Source: Piedraia hortae CBS 480.64 (lineage: Eukaryota). From it: a DNA stretch of 64,000 nt. The DNA lies in contig MU006016.1 in NCBI GenBank assembly GCA_010093745.1, positions 1 through 64,000 of the forward strand, read 5' to 3'. How positions within the stretch are numbered: position 1 is the first letter of the stretch; every line of letters starts with the position of its first letter. This document shows, in pieces, positions 11,565 through 24,625 of the stretch. The notes under the pieces were generated by a model. It was not told where the DNA came from. It saw only the letters and a list, made by a program, of their open reading frames with translations, and ran no database searches. The translations under genes were made by a program, and so were the position numbers.

Positions 11565-12651
11565 TCACCCACTCCAGTACCAACCCCACGGACTCTTCCC
11601 CTTCACCACATCAACAAAATGCTTCGCTATAGCCCGCGCGGTTTGCTCACTAGGATGCAATGTATCCCACCACAGAAAACTGTCTGGCGAAGCCGGCACC
11701 TGTCCTGGAATCTCAAAATGTCTCGCATAGCCCGTGGAATTTGCTGGTGCACTCCCGTTCAAATAACGTCCAGGGTGTTTATATATCTCCATCATCTTTC
11801 CCCATCAGTAACCATAGTTATGATTTTTAAGAGTGACATACCAAACCATGCACATCAAAAACTGCGACCTCCGCGCCCTGGAGTCTCGCAGTGCGAGTCT
11901 TGTATGCTTTGTTGGCAGTTTTAACCAGTTTCTTCATCTTTCGTGCGACAAGAGCGTGGTCTTTTGGTTTGTTCGTCCAGATGAAACTTGGGCCAACGTC
12001 ATACGGCGGCGCTGCGTACAGAGGCGCTTTGTCCAGGGGTGCTACGTTTATGAGAATGAAATACCTTGCTCCACTGTTGTATAATCGCTCCAGTTGGTCG
12101 TAGACACAGTCTATATAGTCGTGTACTCCTTTTCCTGGTCGTTGTTCGTTTTTGATGATGGTGCCAAGGTCGTTGGTTCCGATCCAGATGGTGTATACTG
12201 TGGAAGACGGTGGAGTGGTGAGATAGGGCTTTGTGGTATTTGCTTCCGAGACGCACATGGGGAGCTGGTCATGTTCAAGATCGAAATAGGTCATGGTTTT
12301 GTTGTACCAGATGGGAGTTATTTGAATAGAGCACACTGAACCACCAATAGCATAATTGTGAAGACTGCAGCCGGTGTATTGCTTCACGTACTGGACCCAG
12401 CTACGGCCACCATCTGCTGCGCTATAATTTGCTGGGGTCCTCCATCTAGGCGGTGGTAAGGTTCTATGTAAAGAAAAATAACTCAAACGGGAGTCGTCTG
12501 TGAAGCTGTCGCCGAACGAGACCAGATTTGTCAAATTAAATTTGGACCATTTGGAACTCGCGGCTCGGGTTATGCGGTGTGCTTGAATGAATGATGTTGG
12601 ATACGAATAAACTGCCAGAGCAGCGGACAACAACAGCAATAGCAGTTGCAT
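11565..12651 (-). CDS. Secreted SGNH/GDSL esterase (CE16 acetylesterase-like)
   Basis: Signal peptide MQLLLLLLSAALAVYS, block I FGDSFTD, NYAIGGS, WIGTND, 46-nt intron 11841-11796, block V WWDTLHPS. Confidence 0.88.
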
Positions 12652-13701
12652 TCGGCGTGCATGAGAGCGAAGACGAGACATCAAACCTCCGGCTCTTGGT
12701 TGAGCCCTTATCACGCATTCTTGAGGGTAAAAAAGTCATCTTAGCGAAAGGATCGAGCGTACATTTTTGTACTGCACCCCAGCGCCCCTTTCTTTGATTT
12801 TGAGGCTGATTAGACATGACTATTTTGAGTCCTTTGCAAAACGCATTTCCAAAGCTTCCAGCTGGACAGCTCCTTCCTCAGATGCTGATTGCTGTCTCTC
12901 GTCATAGATATCGGCACTCGAATCAACCTTGGTGTCTCTTCAGTCTAGCTGAATGGTGAAGTACTGGGAAGCGGCAGAAAAGTAATGTATTTGCCTTATC
13001 GGGCGACCTGTGTAAGCCATTTTCCAATCGTTGAATGTATGCATTCCAGGCACCACAGTCGTTGGTGATTACTAACAAAGAGGCCTGTTGAAAATGAGGC
13101 TGGATTCGCTTGCCCGTACGCCCCTGAGCCCGGAATCCTTGGCAAAAGAAACGGTAGGATTCAAACGTTCATATCTGAGCCCCTTCCTGTCGCTTGCTAT
13201 TCATCCAGGCAGTCCGATTGGCGGCACAGACTTACATATCTGAGGCTGCATTCGTTTCACCGCCTGCACCTGCATTTCGAGGCCACCATACGCGTGTCCT
13301 CAGCTCGATGCTTTATCCTCAATTGTCGGGCTAGATCTAAGACGATTGCACATCTATTGCTTTGTGGTATGGCTCAGAGGTATCATATTGAACAAAAAGT
13401 ACACGATACTTCACATATCTGGCAGCTGAAGTCAGTCATAGGGATATCAGTTCCAACTCGTTTCTTCTCGCAAACGTGTTCAAGTTAGTTATTGTCGAAC
13501 TTCCAATTTATTCAACCCAGGAAGATGGTTACATTGATTGCAAAATGATTGATTCCCTCTTGCCATGGGAAGGGCTCCGAAATATCTTCTATCAGCGGAA
13601 ACTCAACGGGCGGGGTAGCCCCACATAATACTCCGTCCGCGCGAGCACGTGTACTCCCAGGTGGTATAGAACGGTTGAACTCTTTTCAATATTATTATCA
13701 A

Positions 13702-15352
13702 ATGGCTTCCGAGTCTCAGTCCGAATGGTCGAAGCTGGCAGCTCAGGCAAAAGAGAAAAGAGACGGAGCGATTCCTGTAGAATGGCGCCTTTCAAGCAGC
13801 CAGTTGCCAGCAGGAGGAACACTCGATGTAACAAAGTTCCCACAAGAGTGTGGGCTTTTGAGCGAAGTCGAATTGGACATAACTGACAGCTTTGCCACTG
13901 ACATCTTGACCGCAATCAAAGACGTCAAATGGACAAGCGAACAAGTTGTTCGCGCCTTTTGCAAGCGGGCTGCTATCGCACAACAAGTTGTATGTGCTCG
14001 GTTCCCACCTGTACGCATGGCTAATCCTGTAGACCAATTGTCTAACCGTTATTATGTTCGAAGAAGCGATTGATCAAGCCAAAAAGCTTGATGAGCATCT
14101 GAAGAAGACGGGCAAGACCATTGGACTACTACACGGTCTGCCAATATCGCTCAAAGACTGCATGAACGTAACTGGTAAGCCCTCTTCGGTGGGTTTCAGT
14201 GCATGGGCTCTTGTTCCCATGAAGAGTGACGCCGTTCTTGTAAGCACTCTACGGGAACTTGGCGCGATACCCTTTGTCAAAACCAACCTACCCATGTCAA
14301 TGATGTGTCCAGACACGGTCAACAACTGCTACGGTAGGACTGTCAACCCCAGGAACCGTGAGTTGACACCAGGCGGCTCCTCTGGTGGGGAGTCTGCCCT
14401 CATTGCCATGCACGGAAGCGTTCTGGGCGTTGGTACCGACATTGGTGGTTCAGTACGCATACCTGCTTCATGCACGGGAATCTTCGCTTTGAGACCATCT
14501 CATGGAAGGATCCCACACAGCGAGGAACGTACGCCGCTGGCGGGGTTGGAATCTGTCTACTCGGTGGCCGGCCCTATGGGGCGCTCGATTTCTGACCTTC
14601 AGTTGTTTTGTTCCAGCGTCATCTCGACGCAACCGTGGCTCCGAGACCCCAAGTGTCTTCCAATTCCCTGGAGGAAGGTGGATATGCCGTCCAAGCTCAA
14701 AATCGGCGTGCTCGAGCACAATGGTGAAGTGACGCCTACGCCGCCAGTGAAGTATGCCCTCGATGCTTCGGTTGCAGCATTAAAACGTGCCGGCCACGAG
14801 GTTCGCTCGTGGGATGCTAGCGACTATGCGGAAGCTGTTCAGATACTCCTCAAGTTCTTTGATGCAGATGGTGGCAAGGGCATTAAGGCGGCAGCTGAAC
14901 CGGTAGGGGAGCCTCTGATACCGGGAATAGAGTCATATACCTTGGGGTCAGACCGCCCGACATCCGAGATGTGGCGATTGCAGATGCAACGCACTGAGCT
15001 ATCAAAGCGCATGCTCGACCGATGGGGTGATATCGATTGTATTCTCGGTCCGGTGTCGCCATATGTTGCACCAAAGCATGGGCAATTTCGGTCATTCGCT
15101 TACACTGGCGTGTATAACTTGCTGGATTACAGCAGCGTCAGCTTCCCAACCGGCTTTGTTGCCGATCGTGACCGCGACATCTATCCATCCGATTTCAAAC
15201 CATGCAGCAAGACGGATAAGCAGACTTGGGCTGAATATGACCCCAACGCTGTGCACGGTATGGGAATCAACCTCCAGCTTGTCGGGCGTCAGTTGGAAGA
15301 GGAAAAGGTTTTGAACATGACGCAGCAGGTCTTGCAGGCATTAAGAATGTAA
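13702..15352 (+). CDS. Amidase signature family enzyme (acetamidase/general amidase-like)
   Basis: HGLPISLKD, GGSSGGE, GTDIGGSVRIP. 43-nt intron 13990-14032 joins AQQV to TNCLT. Confidence 0.9.
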
Positions 15353-15530
15353 TGAGGGCCATGCAAAAGCGCATGACAGTGCGAGAGAACCTGTCTCTGC
15401 ACCATAGTAAAAGAGGTGCATAGATTGCCGTGGTGCAAATGCTGCATTTGCGAACATATCCCTCACCACATGAGATTTCATTAAAATTACGAGGACAGCC
15501 TATATTAAGTATCCAGTGAGCATCCTGCGT

Positions 15531-17164
15531 TCAGTACGGGGCTCGTCGATATGGATCTCTGTCTCGACGGTCGCGTCTGATGTCGTTGTCTGCAGACTTC
15601 CTGTCTGGGCTGCGGCTGCGCGTACGTCTGTGGGTGCTTCCTCGATGAGGTGCATCCGGATCTCTGTAGGTTCGATAGTCATCTCTGTAGCCATCGCGCC
15701 GGGAATATGCTTGGTTGCGGTCTGGAGGAGGCCGAGGACGGTCATGTGGAATGGCATATGATGGGATATAGGTATCGCCATTGGAAATACCTCGCGAGGG
15801 TGGAGGTCCCCGTTGAGTATTCTCTGGTCGTGATTGAACGTCCATTGGCCGAGGGGGCAGAAGGTGATGTGGCCTCGAGTCTCGGACATCAGGCCTCCGA
15901 GCAGGCATCCGGCCGTTATCCGGGAACTGGTGTCTGTTGCGGCCATCGTATCCACGGGGCAGGCCTCTATCCCGGGGGTTAGGATAGCCGTTGATGTAAC
16001 CGTTCCATTCGTTTCCCGCGGCGCCGCCTACGTGAGCTTGAAGTGGAGCCAGTGGCTTCTCTTGTCCACGACGACGGGAGTCGAGTTCATGCGTATCTCG
16101 GTATTTTGGCAGCCTGTGCGGTGGCAATGGCAGAGGTTCGGTGCTAAAATACGGGTGGCGCATGGCATCGACGGCGTTGATGCGTTTTCGCCAATCAAGA
16201 AGCAGCAGCTGCCGCAGCAAATCCAACCCTTGAGGGCCCAGATGTGGGCCGAATCGTCTGTCAATGTCACCCTGTTTGGGTTCCCAGTCCTTCCTGCCCT
16301 CGCACCCCGGCAGACTGGACCAGCCCGGCATGTTTGTTTCCGTAGGAGAGCCCACTAGCTGAAAGATGCGGAAACACTGATCGACGTCAGTCTTACCTTC
16401 CAGGATCGGCTTCCTCTCAAACATTTCGCCAAGAACACAGCCAATGCCCCACATGTCAATGGCTGGAGTGTAGTGCTTAAGATTGAGGAGGAGCTCCGGC
16501 GGACGGTACCACCGTGTGACTACCAGGCTGGTGTATGGACGGGTGGCGGTACCGTTTCCCTGGCCCGGCTGCGGAGTTGGGCCGTGGTAGTGACGGGCAA
16601 GGCCAAAGTCGGCTATTTGAAGTTTGCCGCTGTTCGATATGAGCAGATTTGCGGCCTTCATATCGCGGTGAAGAATGTTGGACTGTAACGGTCAGCAGAT
16701 GCAGCAGCAATTCGGCAGCTACCCACTTCGTGAAGATATGCAATCCCGTCAAGCAGCTGCATCATGTAGCATTTAATCTGGCCCTCCGACATCTTCACTT
16801 CTGGGTTTGACAGTAGACCGCTGAGGTCGTGCTCCACATAAGGCATGGCCATGGACAGGGTTGTTCGCCGTCTCCCATACTTGCAGCGCTCTTCCGCCGT
16901 TTGCGGCTCGACGGCCATCTCATCCAGGCGCAAAATGTTCGGATGATTTAGCATCTTCAGCAGCTTAATCTCTCGCAGGGCAGTGATCGGGAATCCGTCC
17001 TTTTCGTTGTGCATGAGAATCTTTTTCAGCGCGACGAGGGCGCCGGTACGCCTGGAACGCGCCTTGCTGACGACTCCAAACGTTCCCTCGCCCAGCTTCT
17101 CCGTTATCTCATAGTCGGTGATGTAGGTGCAGCCACGAAAGCGGCGGTCTGCGAGATCGGCCAT
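15531..17164 (-). CDS. BUR1: CDK9-type cyclin-dependent kinase Bur1/Sgv1
   Basis: GEGTFG, PITALRE helix, HRDMKAAN after 44-nt intron 16726-16683, [19 protein letters not shown]-rich tail. Confidence 0.9.
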
Positions 17165-17370
17165 GTTACAAGCGTCTGCAGCGGGCGAGGTGGAGGCACT
17201 GATGGTGCGTAGCTAAGCCCGGTTCGGGTTAGGCTGACGCGAACTGCCGACAGCGGCACGGCCCGCAGCGCTCGGCTGAGCCCTGAAGATTTTCGGTCTA
17301 CGTCATTTCTCTTTAGGCTGCAATCGGAGGGGTCGCACACAACCCAAGCCGTCAAATCTTTTCCCTGCAC

Positions 17371-17398
17371 CGCACACACACACACACACACGCACACA
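17371..17398. repeat. (CA)n microsatellite immediately 5' of the ARB1 start codon
   Basis: cgcacacacacacacacacacgcacaca directly before aaaATG (17402). Confidence 0.9.
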
Positions 17399-17401
17399 AA
17401 A

Positions 17402-19404
17402 ATGGTGTCGGCGTCCAAAGCAGCCCGCCAGGCCAAGCGTGCGGCAGATGGCAAGGACACAAAGAAGACGCCGTCTTCGAAGTTGGCGTCCAAGAACGCA
17501 TCCGGAGCGTCGTCTGTGAATGGCGACGGCGAGGCTGGCGGAGACCAGACTCTGGCAGAGGTCAACCAAAAGGTCAAAAGCATAGCACTGCAGAAAGATA
17601 AGTCGGGCATCTCGGATCGCGTCACGACTGGCGTGTTGGCGAGTCTGGAGGCTAGCCGAGACGTCAAGATCACATCAGCCAGCCTGGTATTCCACGGCAA
17701 GGTGCTCTTCAACGACACCACCATTGAGGTCAATTACGGCAGACGATACGGTCTTTTGGGCGAGAACGGCTGCGGCAAGAGTACGCTGCTCAAGGCCATT
17801 GCAAGCCGTGAATTCCCCTTTCCCGAACACATCGACATCTATCTGCTTAACGAAGGCGCCGAGCCCTCGGACACGGGAGCCCTTGACTGGGTGGTCCAGC
17901 AGGCAGAGAACGAGATGAAGAGGCTGGAGGCGCTGAGTGAGGAGATTCTGGAGAATGAGGGTCCCGACAGTCCCAAGTTGGAAGACATTTATGAACGCAT
18001 CGACGGCATGGTAAGTAATTAGACCTTGATCTTGCCGCTTGCTTACGCAGACAGGACCCTTCCACCTTCCACACGCGCGCGGGCCTGATCCTCACGGGTC
18101 TCGGCTTCAACAAGAAGACAATGGACAAGAAGACCAAAGATATGTCCGGAGGCTGGCGTATGCGTGTAGCGCTGGCCAAGGCCTTGTTCGTCAAGCCCTC
18201 TCTTCTGCTCCTGGACGATCCGACGGCCCACTTAGACCTTGAGGCTTGCGTCTGGCTGGAGGAATATCTCAAGAAGTGGGAACGGACGCTGATTCTGGGT
18301 AAGACGCTTCCTCTCTTCGTACATCCTCCAGTGCTGACGATATGCAGTTTCACACTCTATGGATTTCCTTAACGGAGTGTGCACCAACATGATTGACATG
18401 CGCATGAAGCAGCTGCTCTACTATGGCGGCAACTACGATTCGTACGTGAAGACCAGAACAGAAAACGAGGTCAATCAACAAAAGGCGTATGAAAAGCAGC
18501 AGGAAGAGATCAAACACATCAAGGAGTTCATTGCCAAGGCCGGTACCTACGCCAACTTGGTCAGGCAAGCGAAGTCGCGGCAAAAGATCCTTGACAAGAT
18601 GGAGGCCGAAGGCTTCATACAGCCTGTGCAGCGTGAGCGGGTGTTCACGTTCCGCTTTGCCGATGTAGAGAAGCTGCCGCCGCCAGTTCTTTCACTGGAC
18701 GACGTGACATTTTCGTATTCGGGCAAGAAGGAGGACAATCTGTACGAAAACCTCGATTTCGGCGTGGACATGGACAGCCGAACCGCGCTGGTGGGACCCA
18801 ACGGTGTGGGCAAGTCGACTTTGCTGCGCATCTTCACCGGTCAGCTGTCGCCCACATCGGGCTCTGTGAGCAGACACACGCATCTGAAACTCGGCATGTA
18901 TTCGCAGCACTCCGCCGAGCAGCTCGATTTGACAAAATCGGCACTGGACTTTGTGCGCGACAAGTACCCGTCGATATCTCAAGACTATCAGTACTGGCGG
19001 CAGCAGCTGGGCCGTTATGGCCTTTCCGGGGAAGCTCAAACAGCCGTCATGGGCACGCTGTCCGAGGGACAAAAGTCTCGCATTGTCTTCGCCCTTTTAG
19101 CAATCGAGAGCCCCAATATGCTGCTGCTTGATGAGCCGACGAACGGTCTCGATATCCCCACCATTGATTCGCTGGCAGAGGCAATCAACGCCTTTAGCGG
19201 TGGCGTTGTTGTGGTGTCCCACGACTTTAGGTATGTGTCTTCACCTCACTACTATATCCGTGCTGACAGCATTCTAGGCTACTAGACAAGATCGCCAAGG
19301 ACATCATGGTCTGCGAGAACAAGACCGTCACTCGCTGGGACGGTTCCATTGGCGAGTACAAGAACCATTTGAGGAAGAAGATGCTGGCTGCCGGTGGCGT
19401 TTGA
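17402..19404 (+). CDS. ARB1: ABCF-family ATPase Arb1/ABCF2
   Basis: Two NBDs and no TMD ([32 protein letters not shown]). Introns at 18011-18054, ~18299-18348 and ~19232-19278. Ends ...KMLAAGGV*. Confidence 0.92.
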
Positions 19405-19845
19405 ACGCTTGACCGGTTGTCATTTGTGGCGGAGATGACGATGCTGATGAGCATGACCACGAACAGATGAAAGTTGGGTGCCAGACCGAGCAACTCGCGG
19501 TCTACGAATGCGTGGCATGAGGCCTCGCAACGGTGCTACATAGAGGATATCGCGGGCATCGCCCATGTCAGAAATTGCCATAGATCACAAAAGCCATGAG
19601 GAATTGTCACGTGTGTATCCACAGTTTGCACTTCGGCTGTTGTAACTGCAGTTCAGTGTCGATTTATCCAGCGGCCGGATTTCTCGCGAGCCACTGCGTA
19701 TCGCCTAGCTGGCCTCCACCGTGACAAGTTGTGGCACCGGTGGCCCCTTCTACCATACGAGCACAAGAGTGCTGCCCAAATGTCTTCCAGGTTCATCCTG
19801 GCTTAGGGTTCATGTAGATACATCGTCGGCTGGAATCCGCCCAGC

Positions 19846-22737
19846 ATGGCTCTCGCCAAAACCGAACAAGACGAGCAGCTACCGTTATTCGATGTGCAGC
19901 GCGTGCAGCTGCGATTCGACATCTCGGCCGACTTCGTTGCGGCGCAAGTGGCCAACAACGTACTCATTCTCGCCCTCTCCACCAACCGTCTCCTCAGATT
20001 TGATCTTGATAATGCCCAAGACATTGACGACATAGACCTGCCCAAGCGGGCAGCTGACATTGGCGTCGTGCGGCGGCTGTTTCTCGACCCTAGTGCCAGC
20101 CATCTGTTGATCAGCACCACGCTAGGGGAGAACTACTACCTGCATACTCAAAGCCGCCAACCGAAAGCCTTGACGGGTTTGAGAGGCGTGCAGGTTACGA
20201 GCGTTGCCTGGGCGCCCAGTCAACCGACAGCTAGCACCCGGGAAATACTGGTTGGCGCCGCAGACGGCAGCGTCTACGAGACTTGTATTGATCCCTCCAA
20301 CGAGTTCTATCGAAGGCCAGAGAAGTACGTCAAGGCCATCTACAACGCTCAAGATGCCGTGGTGGGGCTGTACGCCGATGTTCTCAGCGCCAGGCCAGAA
20401 ACAAGGCGACTGATGCTTGCCACGTCCCATAAGCTCCTACATTTTTTAGGTCGTGTTGGGACTGTGGGAAGTGGTCCAATCTATGCCCCTATCGTGGGAG
20501 AAGCTCCAGTGGTGCATGATGTTGATTGTGCAGGAACCGGTGTGTCTTCCATGCTAGCGATTTCGCCTGACCAGTTAGGCTCGCCGTCTCCTTCGGCCGA
20601 TGCCAGTTCAAACGAGAGAACGTTCGCTTGGCTGACTGAAATGGGCGTTTTATACGGCAAGCTAATCACCGCTGCTACTGGTCCAGACGCTCTCGGCAAG
20701 CAGCTGTTCAGGGAGGCCAAAATTTTGCCACGAGTGAAGCTGTCACAACCAAAGAATAATAAGCAGGGGCGTTTGTTGAATTTGGGCATTCTGTTGACGC
20801 AGTTTCACCTTTTGTCGCTTGCTCAAGGAAGAATCTCCGCAGTCAATCGTATTGACGAAAGTGTAGTGTACAATCAGCAGGTTTTTGAGTCTGGCCAGAC
20901 TCCAGTCGCTTTCGTAGCTGACCCGAGAAAAAACACGTACTGGCTGATCGGCCCCCGTGACATATTCGAGGTGGTTGTACAGGAAGAAGACCGCGATATA
21001 TGGCGGATCTTCCTACGGCAAGGGCTCTACGAGCAAGCACAGCGCTATGCAAAAACATGGCAGCAAATGGATGCCGTGGCCTTCGCTTATGGTGATGCTT
21101 TGATACGCAGGAGTAAATTCAACGAAGCTGCGCTTATTTTGGGAAAGAGCAGCAAGCCATTCGAGGATGTTGTATTGGATTTCATAGATCGTGGCGAACA
21201 CGATGCTTTAAGGAAGTATCTTCTTGTGAAGCTCAACGCAATGCCCAAAAAAGCTGTCATGCAGCGAATCATGCTGTCGAGTTGGTTAATAGAGCTGTTC
21301 ATGGCCAAGCTTAATGAGCTGGACGATACACTCTCAAGCAAAGTGGAGGATTCAGGCAATGACAGCAGCCAACCTGACACGAAGGCGGGAAAGGAACAGC
21401 TTCCTGTTGTGCGCAAAGAATTCCAGGATTTTGTCAGCAAATACAAGACTGATTTAGACCGGCGCATTGTCTATGAGATCGTCAGCTCTCACGGACGGGA
21501 GGAGGAACTTTTGTACTATGCCAGCGTGGTGGGAGATGGTGACTATGTCGTAAACTACTGGATCCAGCGCGAGAAATGGCAAGACGCCATGGCAGTGTTA
21601 AAGAAACAAACGGATCCAAACATGTTTTACAAGTACTCGACCACTCTCATGTCAGCACCAGGTCAGGCAGTGCAACTGGTGGAAGTGTTGATGCGGCAAG
21701 GCACGAATTTAGACGCAAAACGGCTCATTCCAGCATTGCTCAACTACAACAAGTTGAGCGGCGGGTCAATCTCGATTGCCCAGAACCAAGCCATCAGATA
21801 CTTGTTGTTCTGCATCACCCATGCCCAGTCCACTGATTCAGCCGTGCACAATACCCTCGTTTCCTTGTACGCATCCCATCCCACATCAGACGAAAACCAA
21901 CTCCTTTCCTATCTCGAATCTCAATCAACGAACCAACGCCATTACGACACCGACTTTGCACTTCGCCTCTGTATCTCACACAAACGCGTCCAGTCAGCCG
22001 TGCACATTCTCACAGCCATGCAACGCTATCCAGAGGCCGTAGATCTAGCCCTAAAATTCAACTACATCGATCTCGCAGCTACCGTCGCCGACCGCCCAGG
22101 TACAGACGATGTTTTGCGCAAAAAACTCTGGCTCAGGGTAGCCAAAGCCGTAATCCAAAACGAAAGGGGTATCAAAGCAGCCATGGAATTTCTAAACCGT
22201 TGCGAACTCCTCCACATCGAGGACCTAATCCCTTTTTTCCCAGACTTTGTCGTCATTGACGACTTCAAAGACGAAATCTGCACTGCATTGGAGGACTACT
22301 CGCGCCAAATCGACAATCTTAAACGAGAGATGGATGAGTCCGCCTCAACGGCGCAGCATATCAAGGAAGATATTCGTGCTCTGGACAGACGATACGCGAT
22401 CATGGAACCTGGAGAGAAGTGTTGGAAATGTAGACTTCCACTTCTGGTGCGGCAGTTTTTTGTTTTCCCTTGTCAGCATGCTTTTCACGCTGATTGTCTA
22501 GAGAATATGGTTATGAAGTTGGGGGAATTGAGGGCTGGGGCTGAGGGGGCTAAGACGAAACGTATCCGTGAACTACAACGTGAACTGGCAAAGGGAATTG
22601 GCCAGGCAAGAAAGGCAAAGATAGAGGCTGAGTTGGACGGACTAGTTGCCGGTGCGTGCGTGCTTTGTGGTGATTTGGCCGTTAAAATGGTCGACTTACC
22701 TTTTGTTTCCGAGGATGATGTCAAATGGGAGTTGTAG
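19846..22737 (+). CDS. VPS18: HOPS/CORVET subunit Vps18/Pep3
   Basis: 963-aa ORF with N-terminal beta-propeller region, LRKKLWL, IEDLIPFFPDFVVIDDFK and C-terminal RING-H2 (CWKC...FPCQHAFHADCL...CVLC). Confidence 0.93.
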   Translation: MALAKTEQDEQLPLFDVQRVQLRFDISADFVAAQVANNVLILALSTNRLLRFDLDNAQDIDDIDLPKRAADIGVVRRLFLDPSASHLLISTTLGENYYLHTQSRQPKALTGLRGVQVTSVAWAPSQPTASTREILVGAADGSVYETCIDPSNEFYRRPEKYVKAIYNAQDAVVGLYADVLSARPETRRLMLATSHKLLHFLGRVGTVGSGPIYAPIVGEAPVVHDVDCAGTGVSSMLAISPDQLGSPSPSADASSNERTFAWLTEMGVLYGKLITAATGPDALGKQLFREAKILPRVKLSQPKNNKQGRLLNLGILLTQFHLLSLAQGRISAVNRIDESVVYNQQVFESGQTPVAFVADPRKNTYWLIGPRDIFEVVVQEEDRDIWRIFLRQGLYEQAQRYAKTWQQMDAVAFAYGDALIRRSKFNEAALILGKSSKPFEDVVLDFIDRGEHDALRKYLLVKLNAMPKKAVMQRIMLSSWLIELFMAKLNELDDTLSSKVEDSGNDSSQPDTKAGKEQLPVVRKEFQDFVSKYKTDLDRRIVYEIVSSHGREEELLYYASVVGDGDYVVNYWIQREKWQDAMAVLKKQTDPNMFYKYSTTLMSAPGQAVQLVEVLMRQGTNLDAKRLIPALLNYNKLSGGSISIAQNQAIRYLLFCITHAQSTDSAVHNTLVSLYASHPTSDENQLLSYLESQSTNQRHYDTDFALRLCISHKRVQSAVHILTAMQRYPEAVDLALKFNYIDLAATVADRPGTDDVLRKKLWLRVAKAVIQNERGIKAAMEFLNRCELLHIEDLIPFFPDFVVIDDFKDEICTALEDYSRQIDNLKREMDESASTAQHIKEDIRALDRRYAIMEPGEKCWKCRLPLLVRQFFVFPCQHAFHADCLENMVMKLGELRAGAEGAKTKRIRELQRELAKGIGQARKAKIEAELDGLVAGACVLCGDLAVKMVDLPFVSEDDVKWEL

Positions 22738-22783
22738 TAGCATCAGACACTTAATGCATAATACAGTATAAAGATTTCAATTC

Positions 22784-24375
22784 TCAAAAGAACCCAGAGA
22801 GATCGATAACGACCCCTTTTGCAGCAATCGATCCAATCGTAGCCACAATCTCAGCCACTAGCATCGGCAGACTAAACTCATCCCCCAACTCAGGCAGTTC
22901 CCAAAACGGCATTTTCTTCAAAGCAGTCGGTTGCACAACACTTTTCGAGATAAACCTCACGTCTCCAACATCGACTTGATTCAAAACTTCATCAAGACTC
23001 ATAATCCCCGGCATGCCGAGGTCAAAAAGCGATTGGTAACACGTTGTCGCTTCCATGGGATCAAGGAGGATATAGTTCTCCTCTGGGAGGGGTTTACCTG
23101 CTTGCTTTGCCCTTTCGCGGGAAATACTGACACATCGCGTTTCGGACATGTATTGCTTCAGTTCATCGTCCAAGGGCGTCCAGTCTTTTGTGGCGTAGTC
23201 GAGGACGTACTGTGGATTATAGTCGGCTTTGTAGCGCATTTTGGGACATGAATGGATGTAGTAGCCCATGTTGTAAAATTTGTAACCTCCTTCGAGACAC
23301 AGTTTTGCTTCGTGGAGGGCACTGAGTTTTCCAAAGGAAAACTTTTCAAAGTCGGTGTGGTAGATGAAATAGACTGAGCTGACGCTGGTCGGGAGGAGGT
23401 CTATGACGCTCATTGCGATTAGACAGCCGTCTAAGCGGAAGCAATAGTGATAGCTCCCAAGCTTGGAATGGCCAGGGGTTGGTGCGTAATGGTGAATGGG
23501 TGAGTTACAGAGAAATCGTTTAAAGCCGTCTCTGGAAATGTCGGTTTCGCTTTCGTGGTGGACGTTTCGCTGGTAGTGATGGAATAGTTTATATTTCTCT
23601 TCGGTAAAATCTGTTGGTTCCAGTGAAGTCTCGAATTGATGTTCTGGAGGTGTCAATCCTGGTTTCAAATGGGACTTTTGTGCAAGGTTGGCTATTTCCA
23701 CCAAGTCGAACGACTCGTTCGTTGCTTTCTTTTGCCTTTACTGTGAGCCTATTACTTGAATGCATCATATCCGTGGTTACGACCCCGCCTCCACCACTCT
23801 CCGCCTGAAAGATGAAGGAAACGGGGCCGCGTCCACAGATAGGGAAACTCACTCTTTGGTCTTGGGGTACTTCTTCTTCATCTCATTGAGGTATTTATCT
23901 CCCAATATAAAGCGATTCCATCGATGAAGCGCTTGTCGCTGATCACGCCTTGGCTTGAACTCTGCCACGGGTATCCTTTTGAGAAGATAAGCGACGACAG
24001 AAGCACCACAGAGGACACATACCTAATGGCATAGTGCGGACAGCAAGATCGAATAAGGTCTGGAAGATAAAGGTATGGTCCAGACCGTCTCCAACCACGG
24101 TCGAGAAGTGCTTGATAGACGTCGGGATCAAGTGATGTACTTTCGAGAAAATATGAAGTACCTTGAACGAAATAGTTCAACCCAGCCCCTTGAATGGAAT
24201 GGGCGTAACATACGTGACTTTGGGGTCCGCTGACTTGAACCTTCTTCCTTGCAATAGCCACAATCGCCAAGCTGGAATCCTGTCAGAACAAATTGTTAGC
24301 ATCTCTTTAGAAGTGATGGAACATTCCAAAATACTTACCCAGCGGTCTCAAGGTAGATATTGAAGTGCTAGGCAT
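22784..24375 (-). CDS. ATE1: Arginyl-tRNA--protein transferase
   Basis: Multi-exon gene from ATG 24375 (MPSTSISTLRPLG). Motifs CGYCK, YQALLDRGWRRSG, SCCPHYAIR, GSYH...VIDLLP, GKLSALHE, MGYYIHSCPKMRYK. Confidence 0.88.
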
Positions 24376-24625
24376 GCTTTGTACAGAATAGGCGTTGATG
24401 GGTCGTTGCATTTGCCTTCCCTCAGCTGACTAAGGCGGTGCTAAAATTAGGTTAGCACCCGCAAGCCAAGACCGCACATCGATAGAGTTTGAATACAGGG
24501 GTCATTCAATGGGTTTTACTCATGGACAAACGTGGAGCAGCCGCCAAAACCGCTGCCAAATCCAAGTGACATGGATTGAATAGCTTGTAATTATACAGGT
24601 AAAGAACCTATGGTTGCCTCGTATG

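Noticed and set aside
13549..13701. N-terminal extensions in the ORF track (amidase; also 48710-48967 and HSH49 53843-54019)
   Set aside because: They begin at TTG/GTG and show no protein-like features. The downstream ATGs fit the expected starts.
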